NCBI GenBank assembly: GCA_029531755.1
Contig: CM055977.1
Coordinates: 30,430,229-30,494,228 of the forward strand
Direction of reading: 5' to 3'
DNA length: 64,000 nt
Origin: Holothuria leucospilota
Lineage: Eukaryota
In this document: positions 1 to 14,193 of the stretch, in pieces
Position numbering within the stretch: the stretch's first letter is position 1
How the letters are laid out: every line of letters begins with the position of its first letter
Program-made: the position numbers and the translations under genes
The notes under the pieces: generated by a model
Seen by the model: only the letters and a program-made list of their open reading frames with translations
Databases searched by the model: none
What the model was told of the DNA's origin: nothing

Positions 1-3000
1 GTGTCTCCAAAGAGTCATAAAATGTAGTAGTCTCATCGCTCCAGTTGGAAGACATGGAAAATACTGTAAAAAGCAGAAAAAAACTGAGAAAGAAGAACAA
101 GAGACCTGAGAGCATAGAATTCACTGGTGAACAGGAGGGAGGGGGAAGGGGATCAGGCCATTTGGCGATGCCCCCTTAACGTACCTATAGCATAAGTAAA
201 CATAGCGTCACACGGGCGTGACTTTTTTGGCTACCGATGGATGGATGCCCCCTCCTCAGGGCTTAATATGGGAATTGCCTTGCACTAAGCTTAATCCTGC
301 GTGTGCTACTGAGCAGAGAACTCCATTTTAGGTTGCATTACATACTACATACATCTGTACTACTGCTAGGTAAAACAAGGGGCCAGATAAGATGAGAGAT
401 TTACAATCACAAAAATTAAATCTCAGTAAGAAAGTCTTAAATTTGTTCCAATTTCCCTCTTAGTCTCAATTTTCTGACAATCATAATTTTTTTAAATACA
501 CAACCACAAGTCGCAGAAGGGTAATCTATCTCGGGTATCTTAATGGAACGGTATGTTAATATTACTTTGCTTTATTAGGGCACATATTATACTCGCAGTT
601 ATGCCAATTTCGGAGCCAAGGAGGACCTCTCCAAGAAGAATTTCCCCTATGAAAATTAATTTCTACCCAGCGATGGCGGTCAATCAATTTTTTTCCCAGT
701 ACAGTTATCCATTGGTTAAAAGTAAAAAAAAGAGAATGCTGCGTTAGAATTTAACCCTATGGGAAAATGTCTAAATTCTCTATGCAGAATTTCTAACCGA
801 GATACCTTTATTGTTAGCAAGGAAAATGTCAATTTTATAATACCCCTTATCTTTCTTCCCGGTAACTTTCTTAACCAGTTGAAAATTGTGTATGGAAAAC
901 TATTGGCCCTAGGATCCTAGTTAAATTTAACCCAAGATGAGTTCTTTAGTACGTGATAGATCGTGGTTTGATGTGCGATGGGATGGGGGGGGGAAAACAT
1001 TTTCCGACAACTCCTAATTTATCAATAGAAAATGTAATAAATAGTTAGGCTGAAGTTTTGGAAACATTATTCATATGTGTATATCCGGCGATAATGTCTA
1101 GTTAATGTTGAAAGGGGGTTAGATGGGAAGATTCAACATTAATACAGACCTTTTAATTATAGGCTGGCAAAAATTTGGCGTTTTCCTCTGAGCCATAAAG
1201 TCATCCCGGATGCTACACCAAAATATATCGTACTTTTTTGTTTTAAGTGCTGCCTGAATTATCTTTGGGTGGGGCCGGGGGGCTAAATAACGAATATGTT
1301 TGGCCACTCCCCCGAAAATATTGTTCTTTAGGATGGGGCAATGGCTGATGCACCACCCTGCCCGTTGCTTCACTAGGATCTACGCCCGCCACCTTCTATG
1401 GGCCCGTGTCAGAAGGCGTTACACAGGAAGGGAATAAAAAATGGTGCCAGATAGAGCGGTACTCTTAGAGGGCGCACCAAATGTTTATGTAAATAATTTT
1501 TCGTACATGCTGTGGTCCTCAACTGTTTTGATGAATAACCCAAAATTGGGACCTACCATTGATAAGATAATTACAAATCCAAGCAATAGAATGCATATAA
1601 ACACGTACATTTTCATTTTTTAAGTTGACATATTGGCTAAAATAAAGCGTGGTGGACTTAGAATCAGTGGTTAAAGGCTTTAGATGAGAAGTCCAAAATC
1701 GCCAGCAGATAGAAAATCATATAACGAAACATTCATTTTAAGTTACACAATATGTGGCTTAAAAAGTAGGGTGACTGGAGAATAGTGGGTTAAAAGCCAG
1801 ATGAGAATGTCGCCTAAAAAATCAATATATAGAAGAAGAAGAATAGAAGTTATACACCCAACATATTGTGTGTAAAATTCTAAGTGTGTGGAATTAGGAA
1901 ACTTTTTTTCAAGACTGTACTAGAATAAGCATCATCAGTACTTCGCTTTTGGTTCCTGTAGGCAAACTGGGTCAATTTGGATCATAGTATGCCGGAAACA
2001 TATGTCGCTGCTTTGGATAATGTTGCAGTGGGCCAATGCGGCTCACTTTTATGATAGGCAATACAATATATGTGCTCTTATGATCGAATACCGGAGGGGG
2101 GAAGGTCAAATGTCACGGGGGCTCATTGGAAGTTGATATCGGGGATTAAAGTTTTGTGGGAGACGGGAAAAGTTTTGAAGGAAATTATTGCGTATGTACA
2201 ATGTTCTGTAATTACGTCCATCAATTAGCTCAATATACCTCACTTCCTATAGGTTTACCGAAAAATCATGAGAAATTGTAGTTTGTTTTTGTGTGGCCGC
2301 ATAAGGAGAATTCATGGCACCACGGATATCGGATCTGAATACCTAATTGTTAAAAAGTGGTTAGATCTGGGTGGCGGAAATGCCTTTGTTAATATAATAG
2401 AATTTGTGTTTAATCATCTTTAATTATAATTCATTAATTTACGTCTGATGCATTGGCCATTTTCCAAATTGTGTGTAAGATGTTCGTGGCAATAATATCT
2501 CTCCTCAGTGTGTGGTACTAATGGAGCTATACCATCATTCAGATGTGAGGGTATAAATACATGATTTGTACATACAGGTGGATTGATGGACTTAAGTAAC
2601 GAGACACGTCATGTCAAACAAATTTGTTGGGGAATGTATCTCAATTCAATAAGCCCCCTTTTTTACATAAAAAATCATTATCGAGTCTCATTTTCCGAAC
2701 GGTTTTTTATTTAAGTCTTCCTTGTCCCCCTGACAAATTGGGAATCTTGCCGCTTGCTTCTTCTCACTTATGATTGAGTATTGAGCTAGGCCTTTACGTG
2801 TCAATTCCTGAGGCGTTTTTATCCCCTATAGAATAGCGCTTTATCTTTGCTTTGAGGGCATTACGACAATCAACACAAAACATTTGCAATAATCGCGCGT
2901 ATCGTCTGAGCTCTAAGTTCATCGATGCGTTAGTGCATATGGGCTTGCAATTTGGAACCACGTCCCAATATCCCAAAGTTCTATAAAGAGCGCTTGTTTA

Positions 3001-3184
3001 CGCTACACAACTATGGCTTCCAGAACTCCAATATTTTAAAACGGTAAAAGTAGTTTAGGTATTTGCCTCTGGACAATGGGGTCGTATTTTGGCTGTTCAA
3101 GTAAGTATCCGATATCGTGATCCAGATCATGAAGCCTAGGTAGAAGACTCTAACTTGGATTAATGCAGACTTTATTGGTGGCAC

Positions 3185-3600
3185 GTTTAGGCCGTTGTTG
3201 CGCTTCCTTTACATTAGTGTTAGTTATTTAGTGTAGTTATTGTTAGTTAGTTATTGTTAGAGTTAGTTCGGTTTAGTTAGTTAGTTAGTTAGTCTAGTTA
3301 GTTGTTTAGTAGTTAGTTAGTTTTGTACGTTAGTTAGTTAGTTAGGATTAGTTAAGTTAGTTAGTTAGTTAGTTTAAGGTTTTGAGTTTTCAGTTATGTT
3401 GTAGTTAGTTTAATGATTGTAGTTATGGTTTCTAGTTAGTTAGTTATGGTTTAGTTTTACTGTGTAGTTTTACTATTTAAGTTAGTTTGAGGGGTTAAGT
3501 TAGGTTAGTTTTTAGCATTTAGTTAGAAAGTTTATGTTTAGTTTTCGGATTTTAGATTAGTTAGTTATGTTTAGTTAGTTAGGATGAGGTTTTAGACGTC
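3185..3600. repeat. Degenerate (TTAG)n minisatellite/microsatellite tract
   Basis: Visible runs of ttagttagttag with interspersed variants over ~400 bp; directly abuts SINE-like copy at 3560-3830. Confidence 0.85.
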
Positions 3601-3830
3601 CTCCACGTTTCTCAACCAATTGGTTCAAGTCGAGACGACCACGGCCTTGTTATTACCAGTTGTGGCATCACTGGCTTGTTTTCCCTACATGCCCAGTTAC
3701 TTTCATGCCACTCCTTTACGATTAAGGCGTATGCATAAAGTCCAGGGATTACCTGGCGCCTCAGCGCGGGTGCGGCTGACGGACCTTATGTTTTTTGGCC
3801 GCCACTGCCCCACGAGGTTTATGGGCTAAA
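3560..3830 (+). mobile_element. SINE-like interspersed repeat copy (family sharing the 'ttagttagatgaggtttaacg...caaccaattggttcaagtcgagacgaccacggcc' core)
   Basis: Core 3589-3680 nearly identical to 11545-11640; related starts also at 32725 (+) and 45100-45195 (-). Confidence 0.45.
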
Positions 3831-4307
3831 TCTGAGTTTCAAAAATTTTTTCAAATTTGTTTCAAAATTATGGTTAGGCGTCACAAACTTTTAGGTTGAC
3901 GTGTGGATTGGGGGTTATTTGTGCCTGTTCTTTTATAATCTTTAGTGATACAAGAATTACAATAAAAAGAGGTCGAAAAGTCATTATTGGAACTAGGTTG
4001 TGTGGCCTATTTCGCAAGGAAGCCTGATTGGTGCGCATTGGCGATGTATTGTTGCCCATGCTAACCGTGCGTGACTGACACAAAAAATGGGTGCGTATGC
4101 CAGCACTGTACATGTTTTATAACTAGTTAACGATATTCAAATATTCAAATAAATTCTCCAGTGTACAGTGTGATTCAACAGTCACCATTAATAACAGTGT
4201 GTAGAAAACGCCATTATGAACTGGATGCAATTCTCGTCTTAGATCCTTGAAGAGTTGAACATAATTCATCTGCCGCAGCATTGGCTAACATTACGGTTGG
4301 GAACATA

Positions 4308-4338
4308 CACTGTTCAGTTCAGTTCAGTTCAGTTCTAC
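4308..4338. repeat. (TTCAG)n microsatellite
   Basis: ttcagttcagttcagttcagttcag seen directly. Confidence 0.8.
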
Positions 4339-5005
4339 TTTATTTCGGCCTTCCATGGAATATAAAAAACATTACAAGATCACAGTAAGTTGTACAGTAA
4401 TACAAAGAACAAAGAAGTAGGAAAAAAGCCGGGGAGATTTCACAGAAAGCTACTTAAAGCTTGTAGAAGTGAATCCCCTTTTAGACAATATATATAAAAG
4501 TATCTGTATATATATAAAGAGATCAAGAATAATCACATAAAGGCATCCAAAAACAATGCAAGCAAAACATGAGAAAAAAACAGGCAACAACAACGAGAAT
4601 AAGTTACCAAGGGACAATGGAAACAGGCTAGAGACAGTTGGTATGTGAATATACTTAACTATAATGGGTAAGTAGGTACAGTTTGTGACGTCGCTTAAAT
4701 GTAGGAAGGGTGGGAGAATTTTTTATTTCGCCAGGGAGTGGCGTTCAGGTGAGAGGCCCTAAATACCTAATGTGACGTTTGGCTGATTGAGATTCTACAC
4801 AATGGGATTACAAAATCTAAAGAATTCCTAGTGTCGTAAGGGTGAACGTGGTGGTTGAAAAGGTTGATAAAAGAATTTGGTAATAAGTTATGGAAAGACT
4901 GAACATAAATACAGAAATGTGATGTTTTATGATATCAGGCAATGACAACAAAAAAATTATATTTCTTAAAGATTGGCTTAGTATGTTCGAGAGGTGACTT
5001 TCTTA

Positions 5006-6850
5006 TCAATTGCACGAAATATACGCTTTTGGATAACAAATAGTTTGTTTACATGAACATCGGCAGTATTTCCCCAGATGATGGCACAATAGGATAGCAA
5101 CGGTAAAATAAGAGAATTTGTAAATTGTAAGAAGAATTTTGATAGGTAGTAGATTATGCAACTTAAAAATAATACTGGAGCCTTTAGAGAGTTTCTTGCA
5201 AAGGTTTTTCAATATGGGGTATCCAGTTTAGGTGAGGGATCAATGGTTACTCCTAGAAAGTTGGCAGAATCAGAGAAAGGGTACAAAGTTGTTTTGAATT
5301 AAGATACCGGCAGTGTTACCAACAAAATTGATTCTTTTCTGGTATAGCCTAAAGAGAATAGCTATTGATTTCTTTGCATTTAAGAGGAGCTTGTTTGTAG
5401 CAAACCAGTTTGTTACTTTAATCATTTCGCTGTTAAGATAATGTAAAAGTAAATCAATGTCAGTATGTTCATAGGAAATATTGGTATCATCCGCATACAG
5501 GGTAAACTTTAAACGAGAACTTACGGGACGGTAAGTCATTTATATAAATTAAGTACAATAGAGGACCAAGTATGAACCTTGCGGAACGCCTGTTGTAATA
5601 CTACACATGTGAGAATTAACGGTTGATATATTAACATACTGAGACCTGTTACTAAGATAGTCATTAAACCAGTGATAAGCAATACCGCGAATACCATAGT
5701 GATGTAACTTATACATAAGAATATTATGATCCAGGGTGTCGAAGGCCTTTGAAAGATCAAGAAAAATACCACAGGATAACTTATTATTTTCAAAGGCGTC
5801 GATTATTTTGTTGGCAAAATTGATCAAAGCATGAGATGTTGACTTTTAAGGGAGAAATCCGTACTGGTGTTCGTAAATTATACCGTGCTTTTCAAGGAAA
5901 TTTAGAGACGAGTATAAACAATTCTTTCAAGAATTTGCGTGGGAAAACACCGGAAGAACAGAAATTGGCCTATAATTACTTTTCAAAAATTTGTCACCGG
6001 ATTTATAGATTGGAATGACTCTTGCTAGTTTTAAATCTGTTGGAATAGTACCATTTCGTAGGGAGAGATTAATAATATGACATAGGGGTACAGAAATGAA
6101 ACAACCCACAGATTTAATAACTTTACAATGAAGATTGTCATGGCCGGGGCTAACATTTTTCAGATTCTGGATACAGTTGTAAAATTTCATTTTCATCAGT
6201 CGGGTGTAAGTACATTACATAATCATTCTCAGTGGGCAAATAGTCCGTATAAGAGAAATGAGAATCATTTACAATGCTACTAGATAAGGTATGACCAACA
6301 CTGACAAAATAATTGTTAAAAGTATTGCAAACCTCCTTAGGCTCGGAAACTTTCTTTCCATTTTCAACAAGCTCGTTTACGGAATTACCTTGGGCCTTAC
6401 AGCCGCGTAAGATAGTATTGATAGCATTCCAAGTGCCTTTTATACTCTTTGTATCAAATTCATTCTGGTAAAAGTTGAACTTGGCTACCCGAATAACAGT
6501 CGTTAATTTATTCCTGAATCTGCTGTAGGCTGCCTTGTTTTCCAGAGTAGGGTGATTAATACATTTGCGATATAGCTTATTTTTAGTACGACACGAGTTT
6601 AATATACCTTGTGTACACCATAGTTTCTTTGCCCCGGAAGGCTTAACAGTTACAAAAGGAAAGCAATTATTGTAACACTTGTTAAATACATCAATAAACG
6701 TATTATACGCAGAATCTGAGTCTGTGCAATCTAAAACGTCTGACCAATCAATTTGAGAAACACAGTTTGTAAAATCAATTATAGTTGACTGGGTTATCAA
6801 ACGTTTGGATCCATTATTTTGCTGAGTGCTGGGAACAAATTTTGTACATG
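5006..6850 (-). mobile_element. CR1-like non-LTR retrotransposon (LINE) fragment, frameshifted RT
   Basis: Minus-strand ORFs 5270-5539 (YADDTNI motif), 5549-5827 (FLDLSKAFDTLDHNIL...WFNDYLSNRSQYV...GVPQGS RT motifs), 5927-6196 (RT N-terminal), and 6150-6800 (upstream region) lie in different frames, so the copy is degraded. Confidence 0.8.
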
Positions 6851-8371
6851 AACAACGTGAGAAGCTGAAAATTGGATAATGGTCGGAAAGGTGTTGGGTG
6901 GATTACATGCGAAACAGTGTCGGGGAAGGTCTCAATCCAGGTCTTAATCCAACTGATGGAATTTCCACATTTTCAGTAGCCTACGTGAATAATGTTTTAA
7001 GGTATTATTTTGTATGGCACCATTGTTCGTTCCCTCCCCCCCCCCTTTCTACTTTTCTGCAAGACCCAGGTCTCTGTCTACCTCGTAACAATTTTAAAAC
7101 CATCAATACTAATTATCAGCCAAGGAGTCATCGAGTCGGCAAAGGTAGCTCACCACTAATTATTCCATCATTGACTTACACACTAATAAGCTACCCCTCA
7201 TATGAAAGCTCACAGACCTTTCACAACAATTTCAAATTTTTGTACTCTGACCATTGAAATTTTGGAGTGAGCTAGGAGAGCTTGTATAATAAGATGGTAG
7301 TTCCTAGGTTCCTACTTTTTTACTTCATTCAAGATGCCATTTTGCATCGAGGAAGGGTATATTGCAAAAATAAAAGGGCCCGGCTGAAATACCTTCAATT
7401 TTCTTCATTTTTGCAGGATGAGTACTTCAATTCCTTTCCTATCAGATACACACCACAGATTAAACACATCACTTCATCAACATGGTCCAAACTGTCCCCA
7501 AAATTTTTCTAGGGTGTTAAATTCGTAGGGTAATATTCTCAGCCGGGATTCCCCTTGAATTAGTGGTACGTGTGTTACCAAAGGACATTATGCTTATATT
7601 GTTTCAAAGCCGGTTAACTCCTGAACTACTGTCCACCCTCCTCATCAACAAGTCCCCTCAATTACCAAATCGACTGACCACCATATTTATATCAGTCCTA
7701 CTACAAGTTACCTTTTTATGGACGGAGACCTTTACCACCATTTACATGTTGAAGTGGGAAGGTAGACCCGTTCCGGCCCCTAGGGCGAACCACATGTATA
7801 CCCAAAGTCAATCGGGACAACCGCGTCAAGTCTGGTCCCAGCTAACTGGGCTGGCTAAGCGCCTAGGTGAATTGGTAGATTGTGGCCCACACGTTACCAA
7901 ATGGTGCGAGGCGAAGCGTCCCCTTGAAAAATTTTCGACTAATAGGAAACATTTCTAGGGGCAAACATTTCGGTAGTCTCAAAACATCTTAACCGTCCGC
8001 TCACCTCCTGAACTTCTCGCATAAACACTGTCTATACTATCCTCACAACCTGAGACTAAACCCTTAGCCAAAGGGGAGGGGGAGCAGAGTCCCCTCGAGA
8101 AATTTTCTCCTCCTAGAAAAATGAAAAAGTTCCCATTGCCATAATGCATTCTAGTATATGTCACCCCCTTAAAAAGTTCGCTCGATACCGCCGTGGAAAG
8201 CTATCTCGCCCTGGTTGCAGGCCTGCTTGAGACCCACAAGACAAAATCACTGGCACCGGTCACAGCCTGCTTACTCCCTCAGAGAATTCCATACAATGTT
8301 CCAGCCTTCAATCTTCTGTGCGTTACCCCCCCCCCGAAAAATAAAAAAGTCCTAAATACTGTAAGCTATTG

Positions 8372-8801
8372 CAAGGGTGGCGCCAGCGGGGGGGGGGGGG
8401 GGGGCAGGGGGGGGGCATGCCCCCCCCCGTCGGGGAAGGCTGGCCCCCCGTCGGGGGAATTTTTCGGTTTCGTCGGGGAGCTGTTATGTATACGATAAAA
8501 TATGTAGTCCCCGACAACGCCCAGTCGCCCCGACGATTTACTTAATTTTGGTCTAAATTAGGGCAAATTCTTCAATAAAAACCCCAATTTTCAAATTTTC
8601 TTCTTCAAAGCCCCATTTTTTTCAAATTTTCCATGGAAAATGCCGGCATTTTTTTCAAATTTTCTCCAAAAAGAGCCCAAAATTTTCCTTCAAACATCGT
8701 TTCGGCACTTTATTTCCTTCGTTGAGACTTTGGGTTGCTGGTCCCCCCCCCCCGTCGGGGAGCTTGGCCCCCCTGTCGGGGAAATCCTGGCGCCACCCCT
8801 G
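8372..8801 (+). mobile_element. hAT-like MITE, copy A (TIR CAAGGGTGGCGCC...GGCGCCACCCCTG), intact with 8-bp TSD
   Basis: Perfect inverted termini; identical 8-bp flanks agctattg at 8364-8371 and 8802-8809; internal G/C homopolymers and palindromic ccccgacgggg motifs; ~430 bp; near-identical inverted copy at 16119-16546. Confidence 0.75.
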
Positions 8802-9823
8802 AGCTATTGTTGCCATTATCTTGACTTGGAATGCTCTTGCAGACTTGTCAACTTGTCTTACGCATTGTCAACCCCCTGACAACAGTCTATCTGTTGCGAC
8901 CTTTTTTCTTTTATTAGGAGCAATGGTTAGAAGTCACTGTCAAGGACGCATTAGTGATTATTATCTCTGGAAAACATTTCACTAGCGGTAGTGTATTCTT
9001 TATATCATGTCATCTATCATCTTTGCCGCTATCTTTGCTAACCATGACACCAGCCAAGTGGGTGAGGGTTATTGAACCACTTATTGTACCCGCTTTCTTT
9101 CAAATCGATCGAACGATCGCGTTGCTATGGTGTGACGTAGTTTTGTGACTTAACCCATACACGGCTTTAGAGAGAGAGTTCGTACGTAGCTTTGTTCATT
9201 TTGCATGTCACGGTGTGATGTATATATGGCTACTTACTTTCACGTAGTGCCATGCAAACAAGCCTTGCGACTTCGGATGACAGAAGATAAAGCTACGTAC
9301 TGAAGTGATGACCAAGCCGTTTAGGTGAGGACTTAGCAAAGTGGGACCTCGGTCTGTATAATCCCTTTCGCTAAGTAGGCTACAGCCTTTTGACTAAGAT
9401 TATCTGTTCTTTTCATCATGGGAGTTGATATCCGAATGACAACTCCCTATTTTCATGTAGACTAAAATGGGGCCGTGCATGCAGTCCCACGATGCAGGTC
9501 TCAATATAGGCGGAATTACGGGGGGTGTCAATATAGGCGGAATAACGCGGGGGGGGGGGGGGGAGCAAAGCGGTACTTGAGTACTTGCCTCACACTTTTT
9601 TCCAGACCTTATAAAAATAAGAAAAATAATTCTAAAAAGAGCGATCGGAAGTGAGAACAGAAAAATTATGAAGGGATTTTCAAAATTATGGTAAATTTTG
9701 CAATATTTTCTTAGTGCTCTTGTCTTAGACCATCAACAAAAATGATACATAAAAGAGAGAGACCAAAGGTAGATGGGACACATACCGGCATGAGAACCTT
9801 TCATACTATTGCATAGAAAAACA

Positions 9824-9827
<4 letters not shown>

Positions 9828-9858
<31 letters not shown>

Positions 9859-9869
9859 AACACACATAC
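9828..9869. repeat. (TA)n-(CA)n compound microsatellite
   Basis: atatatatat...acacacacaaacacacatac read directly; serves as insertion site of the adjacent TIR element. Confidence 0.85.
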
Positions 9870-10912
9870 CAGGGGCGGATTTAGGGGGGCCCAGGGGGCC
9901 CGGGCCCTCCCTTCCAAAAATTTTTAAAGTTTTTTTCAACTTCATAAAACAAATGACTAGGCCCTATTCCAATTAAATAGGCCTTTGTGATGTGTCAGAG
10001 TGAAATTCAAATTTGTTCATTATTTAAATTTCTACCTCAGAAAATAAGCCTTGTGTTAATAATTCTGTTACTGACCTCTGGCTGATAACATTTTGGCTTA
10101 TATTGGTCACAGTAACTTTTTCCGGGCATTGCAAGGGGTTACACATGAGCGCTGTATTAGATTACTAACTTCAGTCTAACACCGGCCGGGCCCACAGCAT
10201 TGGGAACACTGCTTCTACTTTCAAGGGAATTTCAGAGTTCTTTAATATTTAGAGGAATATTTTCAACAACCTCAGGCTTTTAACTATAACTTGCTGCAAC
10301 ATTAGCGTGTAATTTACTTTAATGAAATGTACTTCGAATTTAGGGTAATATAAGGAAAAAGAAGACTTCAATTCGGAAAACTGCCATCCTAATATGTGGA
10401 CAACAAAGGCTACTCTCCTCTTTCATCCAACCAAAATTTAAATTTCACTAAATAATGAGCATTTTCCAGCCATATATGATCAGTTTCAAAACTATACTAA
10501 AGACATCACCATTTTGCATCTAAGCAATCTTAAATTAACAAAAATTTTCTCAAAGGAGAGACCCCTCCCCAGAGAAGCATGTTTCACCAAACCAAAATTT
10601 AAATTCACTAAATTATAAGTATTTTCCAGCCATATATGATCAGTTTCAAAAATATACTAAAGACATCACCATTTTGCATCTGAGCAGCCTTAAATTAACA
10701 AAAATTTCCCAAAGGGGAGGGGGACACCCCCTCCCCTTAGACCCTTCCCCCAGGACGGCGATCACTCATCACATACTTTACCCCCTATCAAAATACCCCT
10801 GGCACCACCCCTAGTGCACCGCCTCCCTGTTAGATCCCTCCCCCAGATCGGACTTTTATACAAGCCGCTATGACCTGGGTCCCCCTTCTGCCAAATCCTG
10901 GATCCCCCACTG
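9870..10912 (+). mobile_element. Non-autonomous hAT-like TIR element, copy 1 (termini CAGGGGCGGATTTAGGGGGG ... CCTGGATCCCCCACTG), contains ~130-bp internal tandem units
   Basis: Three-part architecture (540-bp unique part, two ~130-bp tandem units with GGGGAGGGGTGTCCCCTCCCC hairpin, 180-bp tail). Full-length inverted copy at 30391-31600; imperfect TIRs; inserted in (CA)n with near-duplicated flanks acacatac/catacaca. Confidence 0.6.
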
Positions 10913-11479
10913 CATACACACAATGGCGACAATAAAATGTCTTAACGCTGTTTCCTTTGGCGCGCTCAGTCGCGAGCACCGGTAATATACTTCCTGTAGA
11001 AAACCTTGCGTGTTCATAGCTTCGTAAAAAATTAGTCCATGATCACTGTAACCACCTTCAATTCAAACCCCCTTCATTATCTGTTATTCTGAGTAAAGCT
11101 ATTATTAAAATGGTCGAAATGTAATTTTTGTGATCCTTTTAGTGCACATCCAGGGTCTTCCAGGGACGCTGCGCCCTTCAGTCCGCGCCTGGGTTTGTCC
11201 CCCTCCCTAGTTTCAGACATCGAATCCTGCCCCTGGGTCAGAAGTTCGAGGGGTTGGTAAAGTATACGTTAGAAAATAAGTACCGAGGGGAAATATCACG
11301 TTCGGGGAGTATAGAACCCCCTAGTAACTAGCCTATTGGTTTTTGAACTTCTGTATCCCGCAGAAGTGACTTTTATATAATAAGTGTATTTGACGTGCCG
11401 TGTCTGCTTGAGTGTGCAGTTGTGTATTTTTAACTACAATGTTAGGCTTGTTGTCCCCAAAAAGGAGAGCCTCAGGGAA

Positions 11480-11800
11480 GGCTACTAAAGTTTTACTTGC
11501 AAGAACGGATACATAATTTCAGGAACGGGTAGGTTAGGTTAGATGAGGTTTAACGTCCCAGTTTCCAACCAATTGGTTCAAGTCGAGACGACCACGGCCT
11601 TTTTCCAGTTGTGGCTCGCGGGTTTGTTTTCCCTACTCCATTGTTTATGCTGAGCACCAAGCACAAAGGCAATTGGTTCCATTTTTAATGTCTTTGGTAT
11701 GGCCCGGCCAGGATTTGAACCCTAGACCTTCCGGCTGCAAGTCGGATGCTCTAACCACTTGAACGGGTAGGAGAGGGGATCAGGTCTCTTTAGAAGAGTG
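11480..11800 (-). mobile_element. tRNA-derived SINE-like element (tRNA-like head at 11695-11775 on minus strand)
   Basis: Minus strand reads ...GTGGTTAGAGCATCCGACTTGCAGCCGGAAGGTCTAGGGTTCAAATCCTGGCCGGGCCA (D-loop, anticodon-arm, T-loop GGTTCAAATCC). The 5' acceptor strand is not intact, so this is not a functional tRNA. Body 11545-11640 is shared with the 3589-3680 copy. Confidence 0.5.
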
Positions 11801-11842
11801 GTGAGGGTAATGTCAGGCCAAAATGTCAACGAAAAACAACAT

Positions 11843-12116
<274 letters not shown>

Positions 12117-13170
12117 ACTTTGAAAACAGGGTTGAGAAACTCGGTTGGCTAAAGAGCTAATCTAACCCGAGGCCCTGATTACAAACATGCAAAAGTAAGA
12201 AGTAAAAAGTAAAGGTGTAAAACATATAGAAGTTCACAAAAATTAAAAGGGAGATGAAAATAAAATAAGATCAAACATATAAAATGATGTAAAGCATAAG
12301 ATAGAAAAATGAAACAAATTATAAACATAATTCAAACCAAAAGTAAAATAAAATAAAAGGGATTAACTGATTTCATGAATAAGACGTTTAAAACAACTCA
12401 GAGTTTTAGCATCCCTACATTCTGGTGTGAGTAGTACATTCCAATCCCTTGCAGCCAGATAGGAAAATCGTCTTTTGTGATATTCTGTTTTACCACCTTT
12501 TATAAAGAGACCGTTTGAGGTTGCGGATCGTAACCTATATGAATGTGTATCCCTTGTGAACTGGAAAAGCTCTCTCAAATAATCAGGTGCCAGAGCATTC
12601 AAGCATTTGTATAAGATTGTTAATCGCTTTTCTTGAATACGTCTGTCCATTGTTTGCCATTTCAATGCGTCAAGAAAATGATGAGAATTTTGCAGGGTGT
12701 GTACATCATTAAAAATTGCCTTCGCTGCTTGTTTTTGTAGACAAATTACTTTTCCCATGTTTCCCTTACTACAGTTACCCCATATAGCACTACAATAATC
12801 CAAAATTGGTAGGATGTAACCTGTATAGTATAGTATACATGTATCTTTATCAATAAAAGGCTTAATTCTCCTTAACAGAGCTATCCTGCTACTGATCAAT
12901 GAATAAATATAATTAATGTGAGAATTCCATGATAGCGTTGGATCTATATATACACCCAGAAGTTTTTCAGATTCAACATTTTCAAGTAAACAACCATTTA
13001 CCTCAACAGAGAGTGTTCCATTTTCTATGAACTTTGACAGCCTCTGGTGTGATCCTAGCAACATGGTTTTAGTTTTATGGGCGGGTGTTCATAATCATTT
13101 TGTTCACCTCACACATTTACTTATAGCACACATGTCAGCAGTTAATTTTTCATTGATATCATTAATATTT

Positions 13171-14148
13171 CTACCCATTACGTACGTAAAAGGTGGTATC
13201 ATCAGCATACATGTCGTACATGCAACGTCTTAGCGAGAGACCCATATCATTAATGTATATTAAAAATAACAATGGTTCTAGAATCGAACCTTGTGGTACT
13301 CCATATACAACCTTCACTGGAGGATTTGAGAGAACGCCATTTATTTGACAGCGTTGGGTTCTCTCTGACATATATGACCGAAACCACTGTAAGGAACTTC
13401 CTGATATACCATAAATATGTAGCTTTTGAATCAACACATCATGGTTAACTAGGTCGAAAGCCTTTCTCAAATCCAGGAAAACAGTACCCACACAGAACCC
13501 TGAATCAATTGCTTCCATCCATTTATCCGTAATTTTAAGAAGGGCAGTCTCACAGGAATGTCTTTTCCTAAATCCTGACTGGGCCACTTTAAGTAGATTA
13601 AATTCATTCAAATAACTAAATAATGCATCATGCACATGTTGCTCTAAAATTTTTGATAGTACTGGTAATATGGATATCGGTCGATAGTTTGAAACATCAA
13701 GAGCAGATCCACTTTTAAAAATTGGTGTAACTCTAGCTTGTTTCCAACTTTTAGGGAAAACCTTATATTTGATACTTAAATTTATGATACTTGTTATACT
13801 CGCAGCAATAACATCCGCACTACTCTTCAAAAGGCGAGCACTGATCTTATCAAGACCCGTTGCTTTAGTTAAGTCCAGCGATTTTAAGAACTTCAATACA
13901 AAATGTTGCGAGATTTCCGGGATGTCAAAGAATTTTCCATTTGGTACATTCTTAGAAACGTATTGCTGCAATGCAGTTAAATCAAGGTCATGGAAAACAT
14001 TATTAGGTGATGCGTACTGAGCCGAAACCGAAGTAAAGAAGTCATTGAAAGCATTTGCAACCTCCACGGTGCCTTCAATTTCCTTTCCTTGTACTATTAC
14101 AAGGTTTGGTGACTTGATTTTTCGTATTTGTATTATTCGATTGAACAT
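13171..14148 (-). CDS. LINE ORF2 segment: reverse transcriptase domain
   Basis: RT motifs 1-7 including FLDLRKAFD, GVPQGS, YADD. Confidence 0.8.
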   Translation of the reverse strand: MFNRIIQIRKIKSPNLVIVQGKEIEGTVEVANAFNDFFTSVSAQYASPNNVFHDLDLTALQQYVSKNVPNGKFFDIPEISQHFVLKFLKSLDLTKATGLDKISARLLKSSADVIAASITSIINLSIKYKVFPKSWKQARVTPIFKSGSALDVSNYRPISILPVLSKILEQHVHDALFSYLNEFNLLKVAQSGFRKRHSCETALLKITDKWMEAIDSGFCVGTVFLDLRKAFDLVNHDVLIQKLHIYGISGSSLQWFRSYMSERTQRCQINGVLSNPPVKVVYGVPQGSILEPLLFLIYINDMGLSLRRCMYDMYADDTTFYVRNG

Positions 14149-14193
14149 TCCGTAGAATATGCCAAATTGCTTTGGAATTGCCCTTGTTTTTGG

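Noticed and set aside
8193-8517. ORFs rich in Gly/Pro (GGASGGGGGGRGG…; PPPCPPPPPRW) and similar ones at 15990-16324 and 28782-29051
   Set aside because: Translations of G/C homopolymer tracts inside MITE copies, appearing on both strands; no coding signal.
11695-11775. Functional tRNA gene (minus strand, Ala-UGC-like anticodon arm)
   Set aside because: D-loop, anticodon arm and T-loop are recognisable, but the 5' acceptor strand does not pair with the 3' GGCCGGG strand, and the segment is continuous with a dispersed SINE body. It is treated as a SINE head or tRNA pseudogene.
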